A stretch of 64,000 nt of DNA from Eledone cirrhosa (lineage: Eukaryota), in contig OZ024752.1 in the NCBI GenBank assembly GCA_964016885.1, positions 40,424,001 through 40,488,000 on the forward strand, in the 5' to 3' direction. Below the pieces are notes generated by a model. That model saw only the letters and a list, made by a program, of their open reading frames with translations, made no database searches and was not told where the DNA came from. A program made the position numbers and the translations under genes. Positions 28,027 to 41,030 of this stretch are shown piece by piece. Position 1 is the first letter of the stretch. Each line of letters begins with the position of its first letter.

Positions 28027-28231
28027 TATTATTATTATTATTATTACTGTATATATATATATAATCTCCCCCTTCCCCGGGTTAGTTAGAGAAGCAAGGT
28101 CAATGTTGAGGGCTGGAGTGAGGGAAGGGGGAAGTTATTATATGAGAGATCTGGCTTGAATGCTTGCAACAGAAGCAACTATGCTTACCATCACCATCAG
28201 CAATTCCTATGCTACCATCAACACCACCACC

Positions 28232-28263
<32 letters not shown>

Positions 28264-28779
28264 CACCACCAACCTACATCATCACCACCATCACCACCGC
28301 CACCTACACCATCACCACCAACACCATTATAACTACAGCAAGAGTGGAATTCTTCCACTAACACCTACACCAACACGACAACCACCACTAATACCATTAC
28401 TACAATCACCACCACAACAAAGGACCATGTGGTAGTATTAAAGCAGTCGACACTGCTAAGGGCACTAACGACCATGTGATAGTATTAAATCAGTTGCCAC
28501 TGCTAAGAGTACCCAAGGACCATGTGGTAATGTTAAATCAGTTGACAGAATGAGTCTATTACACAAGAACTCGGCATTCAAAAAGCTGGAAGAAATACCA
28601 CAAGGCATCAAATTTTCTGCTTTAATAATTCTGCCGTTCCATTGGCTTGGACAAATACTTTATTACTGTATTATATTGATCCCCAAAAGGATGAATGGCA
28701 AAGTTGACCATGGTGAGATTTGTACTCTGACTGTAGAGAGCTAGAATAAACATAGTAAGGCATTTATCTGATGGTCAAA

Positions 28780-29128
28780 TGGTTCCACTTTTTAAAGTGG
28801 TCTAGTCCATTGTAAACAGAGAATTGCCACAAAGTAGGAATAACTTAAGGCTGGAGGTGTTGACAACATTTATTTGTCTGATACTCAAATGATTCCACTT
28901 TTTAAGGTGGTCTAGTCCATTGTAAACAGAGAATTGCCACAAAGTAGGAATAACTTAAGGCTGGAGGTGTTGACAACATTTGTCTGATACTTAAATGATT
29001 CCACTTTTTAAGATGGTCTAGTCCATTGTAAACAGAATTGCCACAAAGTAGGAATAACTTAAGGCTGGAGGTGTTGACAACATTTGTCTGATACTCAAAT
29101 GATTCCACTTTTTAAGGTGGTCTAGTCT
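28780..29128. repeat. ~105-bp tandem repeat (3+ units)
   Basis: ttccactttttaa at 28783, 28893, 28999 and 29103. Confidence 0.85.
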
Positions 29129-29227
29129 ACTTGACTGTAAATAGATAATTAGAATGGAATAGGAATGAGTTAGGATTGAAAGCATTGACAACATTTGATC
29201 CATGTTGAGATTACATGCAGTGTTTAA

Positions 29228-29435
29228 CCCTTTAGCATTTACATTACTCTATATTTACTATTGCATTTACACAGTAAAGGCTTTATCTCACATAATATCA
29301 TATCTACAAGATTTTGATGTTATTTATTTTGAGAACAATACACTAACATCAGTATGAGCAGCCAGCTATAGCCGGTTTGAACAGAAAGAGGTGAGAAAGT
29401 TCGGGCTAGATATGGTTGGGTTAAATGCTAAGGGG
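29228..29435. mobile_element. piggyBac-like MITE
   Basis: TTAA|CCCTTTAGCATT ... AATGCTAAGGGG|TTAA. Further copies at about 29650-29855 and 44767-45260. Confidence 0.7.
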
Positions 29436-29904
29436 TTAATGGTGAGTATGCCACAGCTTGTGATACACTAAACTCATCTAGCATGGGACTCCAACCACCA
29501 CTAAGGAGATATCCTACTTGACAATAAGGAATTCCAAATCAATTTTTATGGTGGATAAATAACTAATCTTAATAATACTGTGATCGATTTAATTGACTTT
29601 CCCCTCCCTTTCAAATTGCTGGCCTTGTGCCAAATGTAGAAAAAATTAAGTTAGTGTTTACATTACTTTATATTTACTATTGTATTTCCATGGTAAATAC
29701 ATTATCTCACATAATATTGAATCTATGAGATATTCATATTATATATTTTGAGAACAATACCTTAACATAAGTATGAGCAGCCAGTTATGGCCAGTTTGAA
29801 CAGAAAGAGGTGAGAGAATTCTGGCCGGATACCGCCAGTTTAAATGCTAAAGGGTTAACAAATAGTTCTGACATAAAATTAATAAAGGATTTATATTAAA
29901 TAAT

Positions 29905-30089
29905 TGTTTCTACTTTAGGCACAAGGCCAGCAATTATCCAGTGCATTACTGGTACTTTATTTTATCGACCCCGTAAGGATGAAAGGCAAAGTCAACCTCG
30001 GCGGGATTTGAAATCAGATCGTAAAGGGACGTAACTATGCTGGAAAGCATGGCGTCCGACCCTCTACCGATACTGCTAATCCACCGCCC
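29905..30089 (-). mobile_element. SINE family A with 13-bp target-site duplication
   Basis: tatattaaataat at 29892-29904 and 30090-30102. Confidence 0.9.
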
Positions 30090-30854
30090 TATATTAAATA
30101 ATAACATTTTAAAACAGGATTTTTATTTTAAATCATAGAAACAGAGTGTGTTCAAAGAAAATTGAGATGAAGAGGGTTAAATGGTTATAACTTAGAATTA
30201 CAATCACAGCATTGGTTTACCAGTAATTTATATCTAACTCACATTACCACCAGAATGATTATCAGAAGGTTTAGAATTCCAAAGAATGTCAAATTAGATT
30301 TTTTTCTTTGTTGCCTCACTTTTTTTGTTTTACAAATTCTACATACAACATTGAAACTAATTTTGAGAGAACAAGATAAGCTGAGAATAAAACAAAGTTG
30401 AGAGGGTACAGATGGTCAAGTTGATAGGGTAACAGGCAGTCAGTTGAAAGGTGAGCAGTTCTTATTTTGACATCTCATCTCTGTATTATATCAATGGGCA
30501 TGACACTATAGTAGCTTTTAATAATCAACAAAACTTGAAGGAAGCTACCTTAAAATGGAACAACTTACTGTATGAGTCAACAAATCAGTATGTGGTCACT
30601 CCAGACTTAAAAGATGTAAAAATAAATATTAAAAAGATGCTGTTGACTCTGGGAAGTGAGAAAGAGATATAGAGGAAGAACTCACCATTAGTACTAGACT
30701 GGTACTTTTTTTTTTTATCGACCATGAATGGATGAAAGGCAAAGTTGACCTCAGCGGGATTTGAACTAAAAGAGTTGACCGCCGGAATGAATACCGCAAA
30801 GCATTCTATCTGATGTTCTAACGACTCTGCCAATTTGCTGCCTCAAATTACACT

Positions 30855-31157
30855 CAGACTCAGACTCAGGAGCTCCCGCGTCTTGCGACGCAGGAGGCAA
30901 TCATACTGTTCCACCGCGTTCGGTCAGCAGCCAGTTGCACAGCGTCCCGCCATTGTCTGTTTGTCGCTCGCAGGTCCCTCTCAACCGTCTGGCGCCAGTT
31001 CATTTTGGGTCGCCCTCTCTGTCTGCTTCCCTGCGGGCTCCATTTAAGTACTTGGTTCGCCAGTCTCTCCGGGGGAAGTCTCAAAGCGTGCCCAAACCAG
31101 CCCAGGCGTCGCTTGCAGATGGCAGAAGAGACTAGCTGCTGGTTGGTGCGGTTCCTG
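30855..31157 (-). mobile_element. RTE LINE 3' end with (CTGAGT)n tail
   Basis: RRLGWFGHALRLPPERLANQVLKWSPQGSRQRGRPKMNW...AADRTRW; possible duplication aattacact on both sides. Confidence 0.8.
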
Positions 31158-31791
31158 AATTACACTAGTATCTTTAAAAAGAAGAGACATAGGATGACTA
31201 ATACACTATGCCTGAAAACAAAATAGGTCTGCTCAATTAGGACTGTCTTGGACCTAAAGTAAGGACTTTAATTCAGAGTACAGATAGCCTGAACAAATAC
31301 TACAGAGCATTCTATCTGATGTTCTAACGACTCTGTCAATTTGCTGCCTCAAATTACATTACTAGATAGGTTTATGTATTCTTCAGTCTCATCACTTCAG
31401 TTGTTGTGAGGAATGTCAGGGTTTGACCTGTTATTTTATTAGTCTAAATAAATGATAACTGGTAAATGTAGTTCAGTTCAGTCTTACATCTAGATTGATT
31501 TACTTATATTATCATATCAGCAAAGATTAAGATTGCATCTGCTATCACTAACAGGCACCATCTTACACTAAGAATTCTACACTCAACATTCTTTAATGCT
31601 TTACAGATACAGATATTTAGGCGTGGAATCAAGTTAAGGGTTACAAGATAATAGATAAGCCTATAGATAGATAAAAAAGAGAAAAACAAACAAAAATGGA
31701 AAAGAAAAAGAAAATTGACTTTCCCCAGGAATAATATTAACTTCCTCCATATTGAAGGACCAGTGAAAGTATAGAAAATGGCTTATTAGTA

Positions 31792-32121
31792 CGGTGGAAC
31801 TTCGGTTCATGGATGCCTTGCATTACAAACAAATTGGTTTGTGAACAATGTTTCCGAACATAAAACGTCTTGGTTGACGAATAGTGTCTTGAGTAACAAA
31901 CACGCAAGCTGGCAACAATGGTTGGCGATAAGCTGGGAGTATCGACGGGAAAGCATAATTTACTGTGTAGTTAGTTACTATGGTGATATCTATCTGCTTT
32001 TCACACACACTGTATTTCTCTCTCGACATTTCATGTGCGAAAAATAGTTTCGGTTTATGAACATTTTGGATAACGAACGAACAGCCTTCAGGAATGAATT
32101 AAGTTTGTGAACTGAAGTTCC
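31792..32121. mobile_element. pogo/Tigger-like MITE interrupted at its right end by a SINE
   Basis: TA|cggtggaacttcggttca ... tgaactgaagttcca; a remnant ccactg|TA follows the SINE at about 32502. Relative at about 48934. Confidence 0.6.
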
Positions 32122-32472
32122 ATCATCATCATCATCATCATCATCATCCTTTCCTTTTACGTCCACTTTTTCCCTGCTTGCAAGGGTGGGACGGGAACTG
32201 ATTCTGGCTTGATTTCTACAGCTGGATGCCCTTCCTAACACCAACCTCATTTACAGTGAGTGCTGGGTGCTTTTTTGCCGTGGCACCTCCACGACCACTT
32301 TGCAGTGGAATGATAGGGACCCCAGTCCCTATCATCTCATTTCTACAGCTGAGTAAACTGGAGCAATGTGAAATAAAGTGTCTTGCTCAAGGAAGCAACA
32401 CATTACCCGGTCTGAGAATTGAACTCACAACCTTTCGATTGCAAGGCCAATGCTCTAACCACTAAGCCATGT
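32122..32472 (-). mobile_element. SINE family B, full length
   Basis: A and B boxes, CORE-like segment and RTE-type tail. Confidence 0.88.
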
Positions 32473-32784
32473 ATATATATATATCCATGTATATATATAA
32501 CCACTGTATATATATATATACCCTTCCTTGGTCCCGTAACTCCTGATAGAGTCGCAGGGGCACCATATTAATATACAGCCCATCCCTTTCCAGGCCTTTC
32601 TACAGCAGATTTCTTCCAGAGAAAGCTAGAAAGTGAGAGAGAGAAGTGAGAAAGAGATATTGAGGAAGAATTGATCCCAGTACTTGACTGGTATGTTTTT
32701 TATCAACCTCGAAAGGATGAAAGGCAAAATTGACCTCTGCGGGATTTGAACTCAGAAAGCAGAGAGCTGGAATATATATATACA

Positions 32785-33256
32785 AAAGGAATGGTTATAT
32801 GATGCCTGTGTGAGATGCGCGATGCTGCATGGTAGTGAGACATGGGCAGCAACTGCAGAGGATGTGCGACGGCTGGAGAGAAATGAAGCAAGTATGCTCC
32901 GTCGGATGTGCAATGTCAATGTGCGTGAACGACCAAGCATAGACGAGTTGAGAAAGAAACTGGGTATAAGAGGGATAAGTTGTGGTGTGCAGGAGAGAAG
33001 ACTGAGATGGTATGGACATGTGATGCGCATGGAGGATGACTGCTGAGTAAAGAAGTGCCAAGAAATCCCAGTAGAAGGAAGACGCAGTAGAGGTAGACCA
33101 CGTAAAACATGGGCGGAGGTGATGAGAGCAGACCTCAGATCGCTGAAACTCACTGAGATGACGAAGGACTGTGACAAGTGGGGGAGATGCTGTGCTGAAT
33201 AGGACCCGTCCAACCCTTGCAAACAGGAAAAAGTGGACGTAAAATGATGATGATGA
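32785..33256 (+). mobile_element. RTE LINE 3' end
   Basis: LYDACVRCAMLHGSETWA...LERNEASMLRRMC...RLRWYGHVMR, in-frame TGA, GRPRKTW; tail ggacgtaaaatgatgatgat. Confidence 0.88.
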
Positions 33257-33932
33257 TATATATATATTTCCATTTCAACTGTCACCTCATTTTAGTGTAG
33301 TCAAATCAAGATGGGCCTCTTCTATGTAAAGTGACTAACTAGCATGACTCACTCTCTCTTACAACAAACAATAAAAACCAGGTCACTTCTTTCATATCTG
33401 GTATTGAACTAAATTAAAATTAAATTCTGTAGTTCAAGAAAGTTACCTTTGCATGTGTATATTCTCAATCAGTAAATGATAATATCTTGTTTTTCTTTTA
33501 CTTCCAACATTCACCAATGAAATATGTATATCGTGTATGTATATATATATATATATATCCTCTTGGCTATATAAATTTTAACTATATACCCTACTTTACT
33601 ATATATGCCCCTGGATATATAAACTTAACTATATATCCCGCTGGCTATATAAACTTAACTATGTCTTTGTATACTATTTCTTATTGAAAGACTGTGTCTA
33701 TGATTTTCAAATAATAAAAAAAATTATTATTCAAGAATAATGATTTCTTTCATACTGGGGCACCACCGCCCTTTATATATATCTCTATATATATATATGC
33801 AGAGGTTATATTTAATTTGTTGGGATTCAACAAGCTTAAACATTTTTATAACTTATATAAAGCACTCAACCGTTTAGTGGAGTAAATACACAATATATTA
33901 ATAAATGGAAACTATATTTATAAAACCATATT

Positions 33933-33998
33933 TATTTTATTATATATATTTCAAGGGCAACCAAGGCAAATTATGGTGCGCTTTCATCAGATAAAATA
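33933..33998 (-). ncRNA. Type I hammerhead ribozyme, family 1b
   Basis: Reverse complement: tattttat CTGATGA aag...ctt GAAA tatata TA ataaaata. Confidence 0.8.
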
Positions 33999-34109
33999 CA
34001 GATTTGTTTTATAAATAAATATTGACATACCCGGAAAAAAAGACAGCCCCAACCGTTAAGGTTGTCTTTTTTTCCAGGTATGTCAATATTTATTTATAAA
34101 ACAAATCTG

Positions 34110-34175
34110 TATTTTATCTGATGAAAGCGCACCATAATTTGCCTTGGTTACCCTTGAAATATGTATAATAAAATA
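34110..34175 (+). ncRNA. Type I hammerhead ribozyme, family 1b
   Basis: tattttat CTGATGA (34118-34124) aag...ctt GAAA (34156-34159) tatgta TA ataaaata; predicted AUA cleavage after 34167. Confidence 0.78.
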
Positions 34176-34232
34176 AATATGGTTTTATAAATATAGTTTC
34201 CATTTATTAATATATTAATATATTGTATATAT

Positions 34233-34951
34233 ATCATCATCATCATCATCATCATCATCATCGTTTAACGTCCATGTTCCACGCTTGCATGGGTTTGGAC
34301 GGGAGTTTTCCCACTTGAGGCAAGAGTGGTTGTCTTGCTCACATAGGACTGTCTGGCGGGTTTTCTACGGCTGGATGCCCTTCCTAACACCAACCACATT
34401 TACAGTGTGGGGCTGGGAGGTTTTTACCGTGTTGCCTACACGGCCACATTACAGCGTGGACTGTCTGGCGGGTTTTCTACAGCTGGATGCCCTTCCTAAC
34501 ACCAACCACATTTACAGTGTGGGGCTGGGAGGTTTTTGCCGTGTTGCCTACACGGCCACATTACAGCGTGGACTGTCTGGCGGGTTTTCTACAGCTGGAT
34601 GCCCTTCCTAACACCAACCACATTTACAGTGTGGGGCTGGGAGGTTTTTACCGTGTTGCCTACACGGCCACATTACAGCGTGGACTGTCTGGCGGGTTTT
34701 CTACAGCTGGATGCCCTTCCTAACACCAACCACATTTACAGTGTGGGGCTGGGAGGTTTTTACCGTGTTGCCTACACGGCCACATTACAGCGTGGACTGT
34801 GTGTTTTTTTGTCGTGCCATCTACACGATCTCCTTTGTTTCGGCCTGGATGTTGTGTGGCACCAACATAACTTTACATTGAAAGGGGCGGTGTGGATGGG
34901 GTGGGGGTGGTGGGACGGGGAGGGGGAGTATTTTGTTAGAGATGCCTACTG
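34233..34951 (-). mobile_element. Family C element with 112-bp tandem array
   Basis: Same unit as 880-1445. Confidence 0.8.
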
Positions 34952-34966
34952 ACTGTAGTAGGTTTT

Positions 34967-35004
<38 letters not shown>

Positions 35005-35355
35005 TATTAGACAGGAACAACAAACAGAGAGGCAGTACAAATGGTAGTTTATTATTAGGTTCACGTGTTTGAGAGGGGGGGGGGTTATTATCACAATTCA
35101 ACATTTCTTTTCTTGTCGTAAACCTAGTTAGTTCTTAATCAACTCCAAGATTGGCAAGGGGGATGAGGGTGCATCTTGCTCACAAACTTCTGGTTTTAGT
35201 GTGTTCTTTGCAGCTGGAGGTTGTTTTTTTTTTCTAACACCAACCTCTTTATAGAGTGTACTGGATTCATTTTATCATGGGAAACAACACTAGGAAAAAT
35301 TGCCATATCTTTGACACAACCAATGACTCCTCTCTACTCTTTGTATGAGAGCAAA

Positions 35356-35615
35356 GGCACATGTCTTAGTGGTTAGAGCATCAGATTCATAATTGTGTAG
35401 TCGTGAGTTCAATTCTTGGACCAGGTGATGCGTTGTGCAAGACACTTTATTTCACATTGCTCCAGTTTTACTCAGCTGTAGAAATGAGTTACGATGTCAC
35501 TAGTGCCAAGCTGTATTGACCATTACCTTTCCTTTGGACAACATTGGTGGCACGGAGAGGGGATACTGGTATGCATGGGTAACTGTTGGTCTTCCACAAA
35601 ACACCTGGCTTGGAC
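35356..35615 (+). mobile_element. Diverged CORE-like SINE with a different 3' half
   Basis: ggcacatgtcttagtggttagagc, gagttcaattc and caagacactttatttcacattgctccag, followed by a tail unlike family B. Confidence 0.65.
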
Positions 35616-36504
35616 ATAGGCTGACTATGAAGGAAGTTATCAGAGCCAGGTATATGTGATATTCCAGTTGTTTTATCTTCTTGAGTTGCTTCCTGTCTAT
35701 TTATCTTGACTTGTAGTTAATATAAGAGATAAGAAACAAACAAATATGGTGGCAATATTTACTGTTTTAATTACATTTAAAGCCATATAATATATTATTC
35801 CATTGTAGTGTACAAAGTCTGGCTGAAAAGTCCATAGGCTTACTATGAAGGGCTGATTGATGCTAGAGCTGTGAAATCTTGCATGCATTAATTTCAACTC
35901 TTCTTATTAATAACTGCATTGACTATGTTGAAAAATAAACCTCATTTGGTCATTCCATGAGAGTATCTTGGTTAGACTATAACCTTTTCAGTTGACTCTC
36001 ATATATATTTATTGCAAGTTTTTCTCCATTTCAAAACTTGAGTTCAAATTTCCTTGGTAACAATAGAAAAATTTAACATAAAATGGTACCTGTTTACAAC
36101 CTAGTGTACTGGGCCATTGAAACTCAGTGTTTTTGCCATGGAAACAGCACAATAGTAATATCAAGAGAGCAGCTACATGAACCCCTTGTCAGTTAGCATA
36201 TTTTTTTGAATAGGTCACCTGTGTCAGTTGTGATACAAGTTAAATAAAAAAAAAAAAGAGGAAAAAAGTCACAAATAATTTGACTACTAAGTTCAATAGT
36301 CACCTCATCCCATTGTTGTAAACATAACACATAACCAAAAGAAATATTTAATCTATTATTAAATTCTCTGTCACTTCAAATCCTTAACAATGACAAGTAA
36401 TGGCTTTTGGTATTCTTGTAGTAGTGCAATGAGTTCTTTATTTACAGGTATAGACTAATAGCCAAACCTATAAGTAACTCTCTGTAATGGTTTGATATCT
36501 AATG

Positions 36505-37225
36505 ACAAGAGTCAGTTGAAAAGTTCATAGGCTGATCAAGATACTCTCATGGAATGACCAAATGAGGTTTATTTTTCAACATAGTCCCTGGGAAGAAACA
36601 ATGCAGTTATTATATGAGAGACAGCTGAAAAGTTTATAGGCTGACCAAGATACTCTCATGGAATGACCAAATGAGGTTTATTTTTCAACATAGTCTCTGG
36701 GAAGAAACAATGCAGTTATTATATGAGAGACAGCTGAAAAGTTTATAGGCTGACCAAGATACTCTCATGGAATGACCAAATGAGGTTTATTTTTCAATAT
36801 AGTATCTGGAAAGAAACAATGAAGTTATTAATAACTGTTTCTACTTTAGGCACAAGGCCAGCAAATACCCAGTGCATTACTGGTACTTTATTTTATCGAC
36901 CCCGTAAGGATGAAAGGCAAAGTCAACCTCGGCGGGATTTGAACTCAGATCGTAAAGGGACGTAACTATGCTAGAAAGCATGGTGTCCGACCCTCTACCA
37001 ACACTGCCAATCCACCGTAATAACAATAGTTGAAATTAATGCATTCAAGATTTCACAGCTCTAGCATCACTCCTTCATAGACTGACCAAGATACTCTCAT
37101 GGAATGGCCAAATGAGGTTTATTTTTCAATATAGTCCCTGGAAAGGAACAATGTAGTTATTAATAAGAAAAGTTGAAATGAATACATTCAAGATTTCACT
37201 GCTCTAGCATCACTCATTCATAGTT
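36505..37225. mobile_element. Mariner-like MITE with internal tandem units and a nested SINE A (36833-37017, minus)
   Basis: Repeated gctgaaaagtttataggctgaccaagatactctc units; the SINE splits ttattaataa...agttgaaatt. Confidence 0.7.
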
Positions 37226-37297
37226 CACTGTTTTTGTTTATGTGTCTGTTTTCTTTTGGAGGGGAGGAGGTGGGCAGGACTGCACTCCCTTAACATT

Positions 37298-37648
37298 GAT
37301 GTGAATATTACACCTGTTTCACTTTGGAGGTGAATATTACACCTGTTTCACCTTTGGAGGTGAATATTACACCTGTTTCACTTTGGAGGTGAATATTACA
37401 CCTGTTTCACTTTGGAGGTGAATATTACACCTGTTTCACCTTTGGAGGTGAATATTACACCAGTTTCACCTTTGGAGGTGAATATTACACCTGTTTCACT
37501 TTGGAGGTGAATATTACACCTGTTTCACTTTGGAGGTGATTATTACACCTGTTTCACTTTGGAGGTGAATATTACACCTGTTTCACTTTAGAGGTGAATA
37601 TTACACCTGTTTCACTTTGGAGGTAATTATTACATCAGTTTCACTTTC
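37298..37648. repeat. ~29-30-bp minisatellite (ggaggtgaatattacacctgtttcacttt)
   Basis: About 11 contiguous units with no spacers. Confidence 0.9.
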
Positions 37649-39105
37649 AGTGTGAAATTTTGATGTGTTTTGAATGAATATGGCCTTCAAAACAGTTGGA
37701 AATTGGCAAACAAATCATTATGTAATGGAGTTCTAAAAGAAATACTATACTCTAAACAACACTGAACACATTTTAAAAATCAAAATATTGATACTTCATA
37801 AGTATATTCTTCACTCAAAACTGCACCATCTAAACATGTTGATTAGTTGCTTCTGCTTATAAACAGGATTTTAATATTTTCTCATTTCTCAGTCACAAAA
37901 TACGAGTCAGCTTATATTTAAGTATATATGGTAACTGGTCAGATTATATGTTAGTGTTACAGTCATACAATAATTAAGCAAAGCAGGAACCTGTGTGATG
38001 AGTTCTGTATAGAAGGTTGTGCTATTAAATGACAGTTCTGTAGAACTAACATAAATTTTATTTTGTGCTCCATAATTGTGATTAATTATACATATCTTAT
38101 TACCTTTAATTATGATACGCATTTTCACATCACAATACATAATCACATTATAGATAATTGACTGCTGATTAATTGGTCATCATCCAATTTGTCTATTGGT
38201 TTAACTTTACTCTCTTTTGGGTCATATATCTACTAAAGTTTATCCTTTTTTTGCCCGTTGTAAAGTTTTAATTTATCCCAATTTATAAAGATGGATTTCT
38301 TGTGGCTGACATAATGGGTTATAAGATTGCTGTATGGCATCTGAATAGAGTATATTCAAGAGTATATTAGTTTAACAATTGTTTCTACTTTTGGCACAAG
38401 GCCAGCAATTATACCAGTGTATTACTGGTACTTTATAGTTTAATAATGGTTTCTGATTTAGACACAAGGCCAACAGTATGAAATGAAGTGCCATGCTTGA
38501 AGACACAAAATTGAACTCACAACTTTATGAAACATCTGTCCAACTCCCAAACCACTAGACTATGCACTTTCACAATAAAATATAATAATTAATGAATACA
38601 GGGTCAGGAAAGTCGATTAAATCAACCCCTGTGTATTACTGCTACTTTATTTTATCGGTAAGGATGAAAGGCTAAGCTAACTATGATGGGATTTGACCTC
38701 AGAATGCAAAGGGATGTAACCCCAGCGCGTTACTGCTACTTTATTTTATCGGCCCTATAAGGATGAAAGGCAAAGCTAACCTAAACGGCATTTAACTTCA
38801 GAACACAAAGGGACGTAACTATATACCATAAAACATGATGTCTGACACTCTATTAGTTTAATAATTCAAGCAATACATACAAATAATATTTTAATTTATT
38901 ACTATAGAAAAAGGTAAGAAAATATCTACATTTTGTTGGGCAACTAGAAAATATATTTACTATGTTTCAATACAGTCAGCTCCAACTAAATACAGACCTG
39001 TGAACTCTCCCCATGGGACGGGAGATCTCCCACCCACTTTGGGGTGGGTGGGAGATGTCTTCTTTTGTGAAAATGGGTATTGCTTTCATTATGTAAAATC
39101 TCCCC

Positions 39106-39293
39106 GGGCGGTGGATTGGCAGTATCAGTAGAGGGTCGGACGCCATGCTTTGACGTATAGAGTTACGGCCCTTGCCATTCTGAGTTCAAATCCCGCCGAG
39201 GTTAACTTTGCCTTTCATCCTTACGGGGTCGATAAAATAAAGTACCAGTAATGCACTGGGTAATTTGCTGGCCTTGTGCCTAAAGTAGAAACA
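39106..39293 (+). mobile_element. SINE family A with 18-bp target-site duplication, nested in a TIR element (38993-39392)
   Basis: attatgtaaaatctcccc at 39088-39105 and 39294-39311; host element ends cagacctgtgaactctc and gaggttggcatgtctg. Confidence 0.85.
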
Positions 39294-39539
39294 ATTATGT
39301 AAAATCTCCCCATTTTGCCCCATTTCTCCTCATTTTTGGGTCATTTTCATCATAGTACTCCCTGTTTGGGTTTTTAGAGGTTGGCATGTCTGTAAATATT
39401 AACTTGATCTATGGTAGATGACCTATCCAACCCTTGCTAACAGGGAGAACAGATGTTAAATGATAATGATGATGGTGATGGTGATGTGTTATACTGGTAT
39501 CATCTGGACATATTATAGATAATGTTCTCTTGTATTTAG

Positions 39540-40285
39540 ATATGTATGTGTATGTGTATGTGTGTGTAAGTGTTTCTCTGTGTGTGTGTGTAGATGTTTC
39601 TCTGTGTGTGTGTGTGTGCGTAGGTGTTTCTCTCTGTGTGTGTAGGTGTTTCTCTGTGTGTGTGTGTGTGTGTGCGTTGGTGATGGTACTGGTATCATCT
39701 GGACATATTATAGATAGTGTTCTCTTGTATTTAGATATGTGTGTGTGTGTGTGTGTGTGTGTGTAGGTGTTTCTGTGTGTGTGTGTGTAGATGTTTCTCT
39801 GTGTGTGTGTGTGTGTGCGTAGGTGTTTCTCTCTGTGTGTGTGTGTGTAGGTTTCTCTGTGTGTGTGTGCGCGTAGGTGTTTCTCTGTGTGTGTAGGTGT
39901 TTCTCTGCGTGTGTGTGTGTGCGTGCGTAGGTGTTTCTCTGTGTGTGTGTGTAGGTTTTTCTGTGTGTGTGTGTGTAGGTTTCTCTGTGTGTGTGCGCGT
40001 AGGTGTTTCTTTGTGTGTGTAGGTGTTTCTCTGTGTGTGTGTAGGTGTTTCTCTGTGTATGTGTGTGTGCGAAGGTGTTTCTCTGTGTGTGTGTGTGTGT
40101 AGGTTTTTCTCTCTCTGTGTGTGTGTGTGTAGGTGTTTATCTGTGTGTGTGTACGTAGGTCTTTCTCTCTGTGTGTGTGTGTGTGTGTAGGTTTTTCTCT
40201 CTCTCTCCATGAGTGTGTGTGTAGGTGTTTCTCTGTGTGTGTGTATGTATGTTCTCTCTCTCCATGGGTGTGTGTGTATGTGTGT
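39540..40285. repeat. (GT)n interrupted by aggtgtttctct units
   Basis: Seen directly. Confidence 0.9.
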
Positions 40286-40654
40286 ACATGCATGCTTGGG
40301 TATTTTGTATCTGTTCCTGTATAGTGTTTCATTGTCATTATCTCCGCCCACTAAAGTTTTTTTCAAATCTGTTGGTGTTCCTTTTATCTGTTTCTGATAG
40401 GTTCCCTCTCCCCTAACACTTGTTACACCCCCCTCACCTCTTCTGGTAACCCTCTCCCCTAACACTTGTTACACCCCCCTCACCTCTTCTGGTAATTTAT
40501 TTATTATCTTTCAATGCCAGTTGGCATTTCTTTTTTCTCCCATAAAGGGTTCTGCTCTGGAAACAAAATGTCTTTTCTTCCTCACTAAATAAATTTTTAT
40601 TCCACAGTTAGAATTATTTGTATAACTTTTTAGCCCACATAGAATATCACTATT

Positions 40655-41030
40655 TAGCAGCATCGGTAGAGGGTGGGACACCATGCTTTGCAGCATAGAG
40701 TTACGGCCCTTGCCATTCTGAGTTCAAATCCCGCCGAGGTTAACTTTGCCTTTCATCCTTACGGGGGGGGTCGATGAAATAAAGTACCAGTAATACACTG
40801 GGATAATTGCTGGCCTTGTGCCAAAAGTAGAAACAATTATTATTATAGGATTGGCAGTATCGGTAGAGGGTCGAACGCCATGCTTTGCAGCATAGAGTTA
40901 CGGCCCTTGCCATTCTGAGTTCAAATCCCGCCGAGGTTAACTTTGCCTTTCATCCTTACGGGGTCAATAAAATAAAGTACCAGTCACGCACTGGGTAATT
41001 GCTGGCCTTGTGCCAAAAGTAGAAACAATT
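40655..41030 (+). mobile_element. Two tandem SINE family A copies
   Basis: Two B boxes and two gtagaaacaatt tails. Confidence 0.85.

Larger units (their letters stand above)
33892..34216. repeat. Near-perfect palindrome (~155-bp arms) carrying two divergent hammerheads
   Basis: Arms at about 33892-34046 and 34062-34216 are reverse complements with few mismatches. Confidence 0.92.

Noticed and set aside
37298-37648. CRISPR-like ~30-bp palindromic repeats
   Set aside because: Units are contiguous with no unique spacers, there are no cas genes, and the context is eukaryotic.
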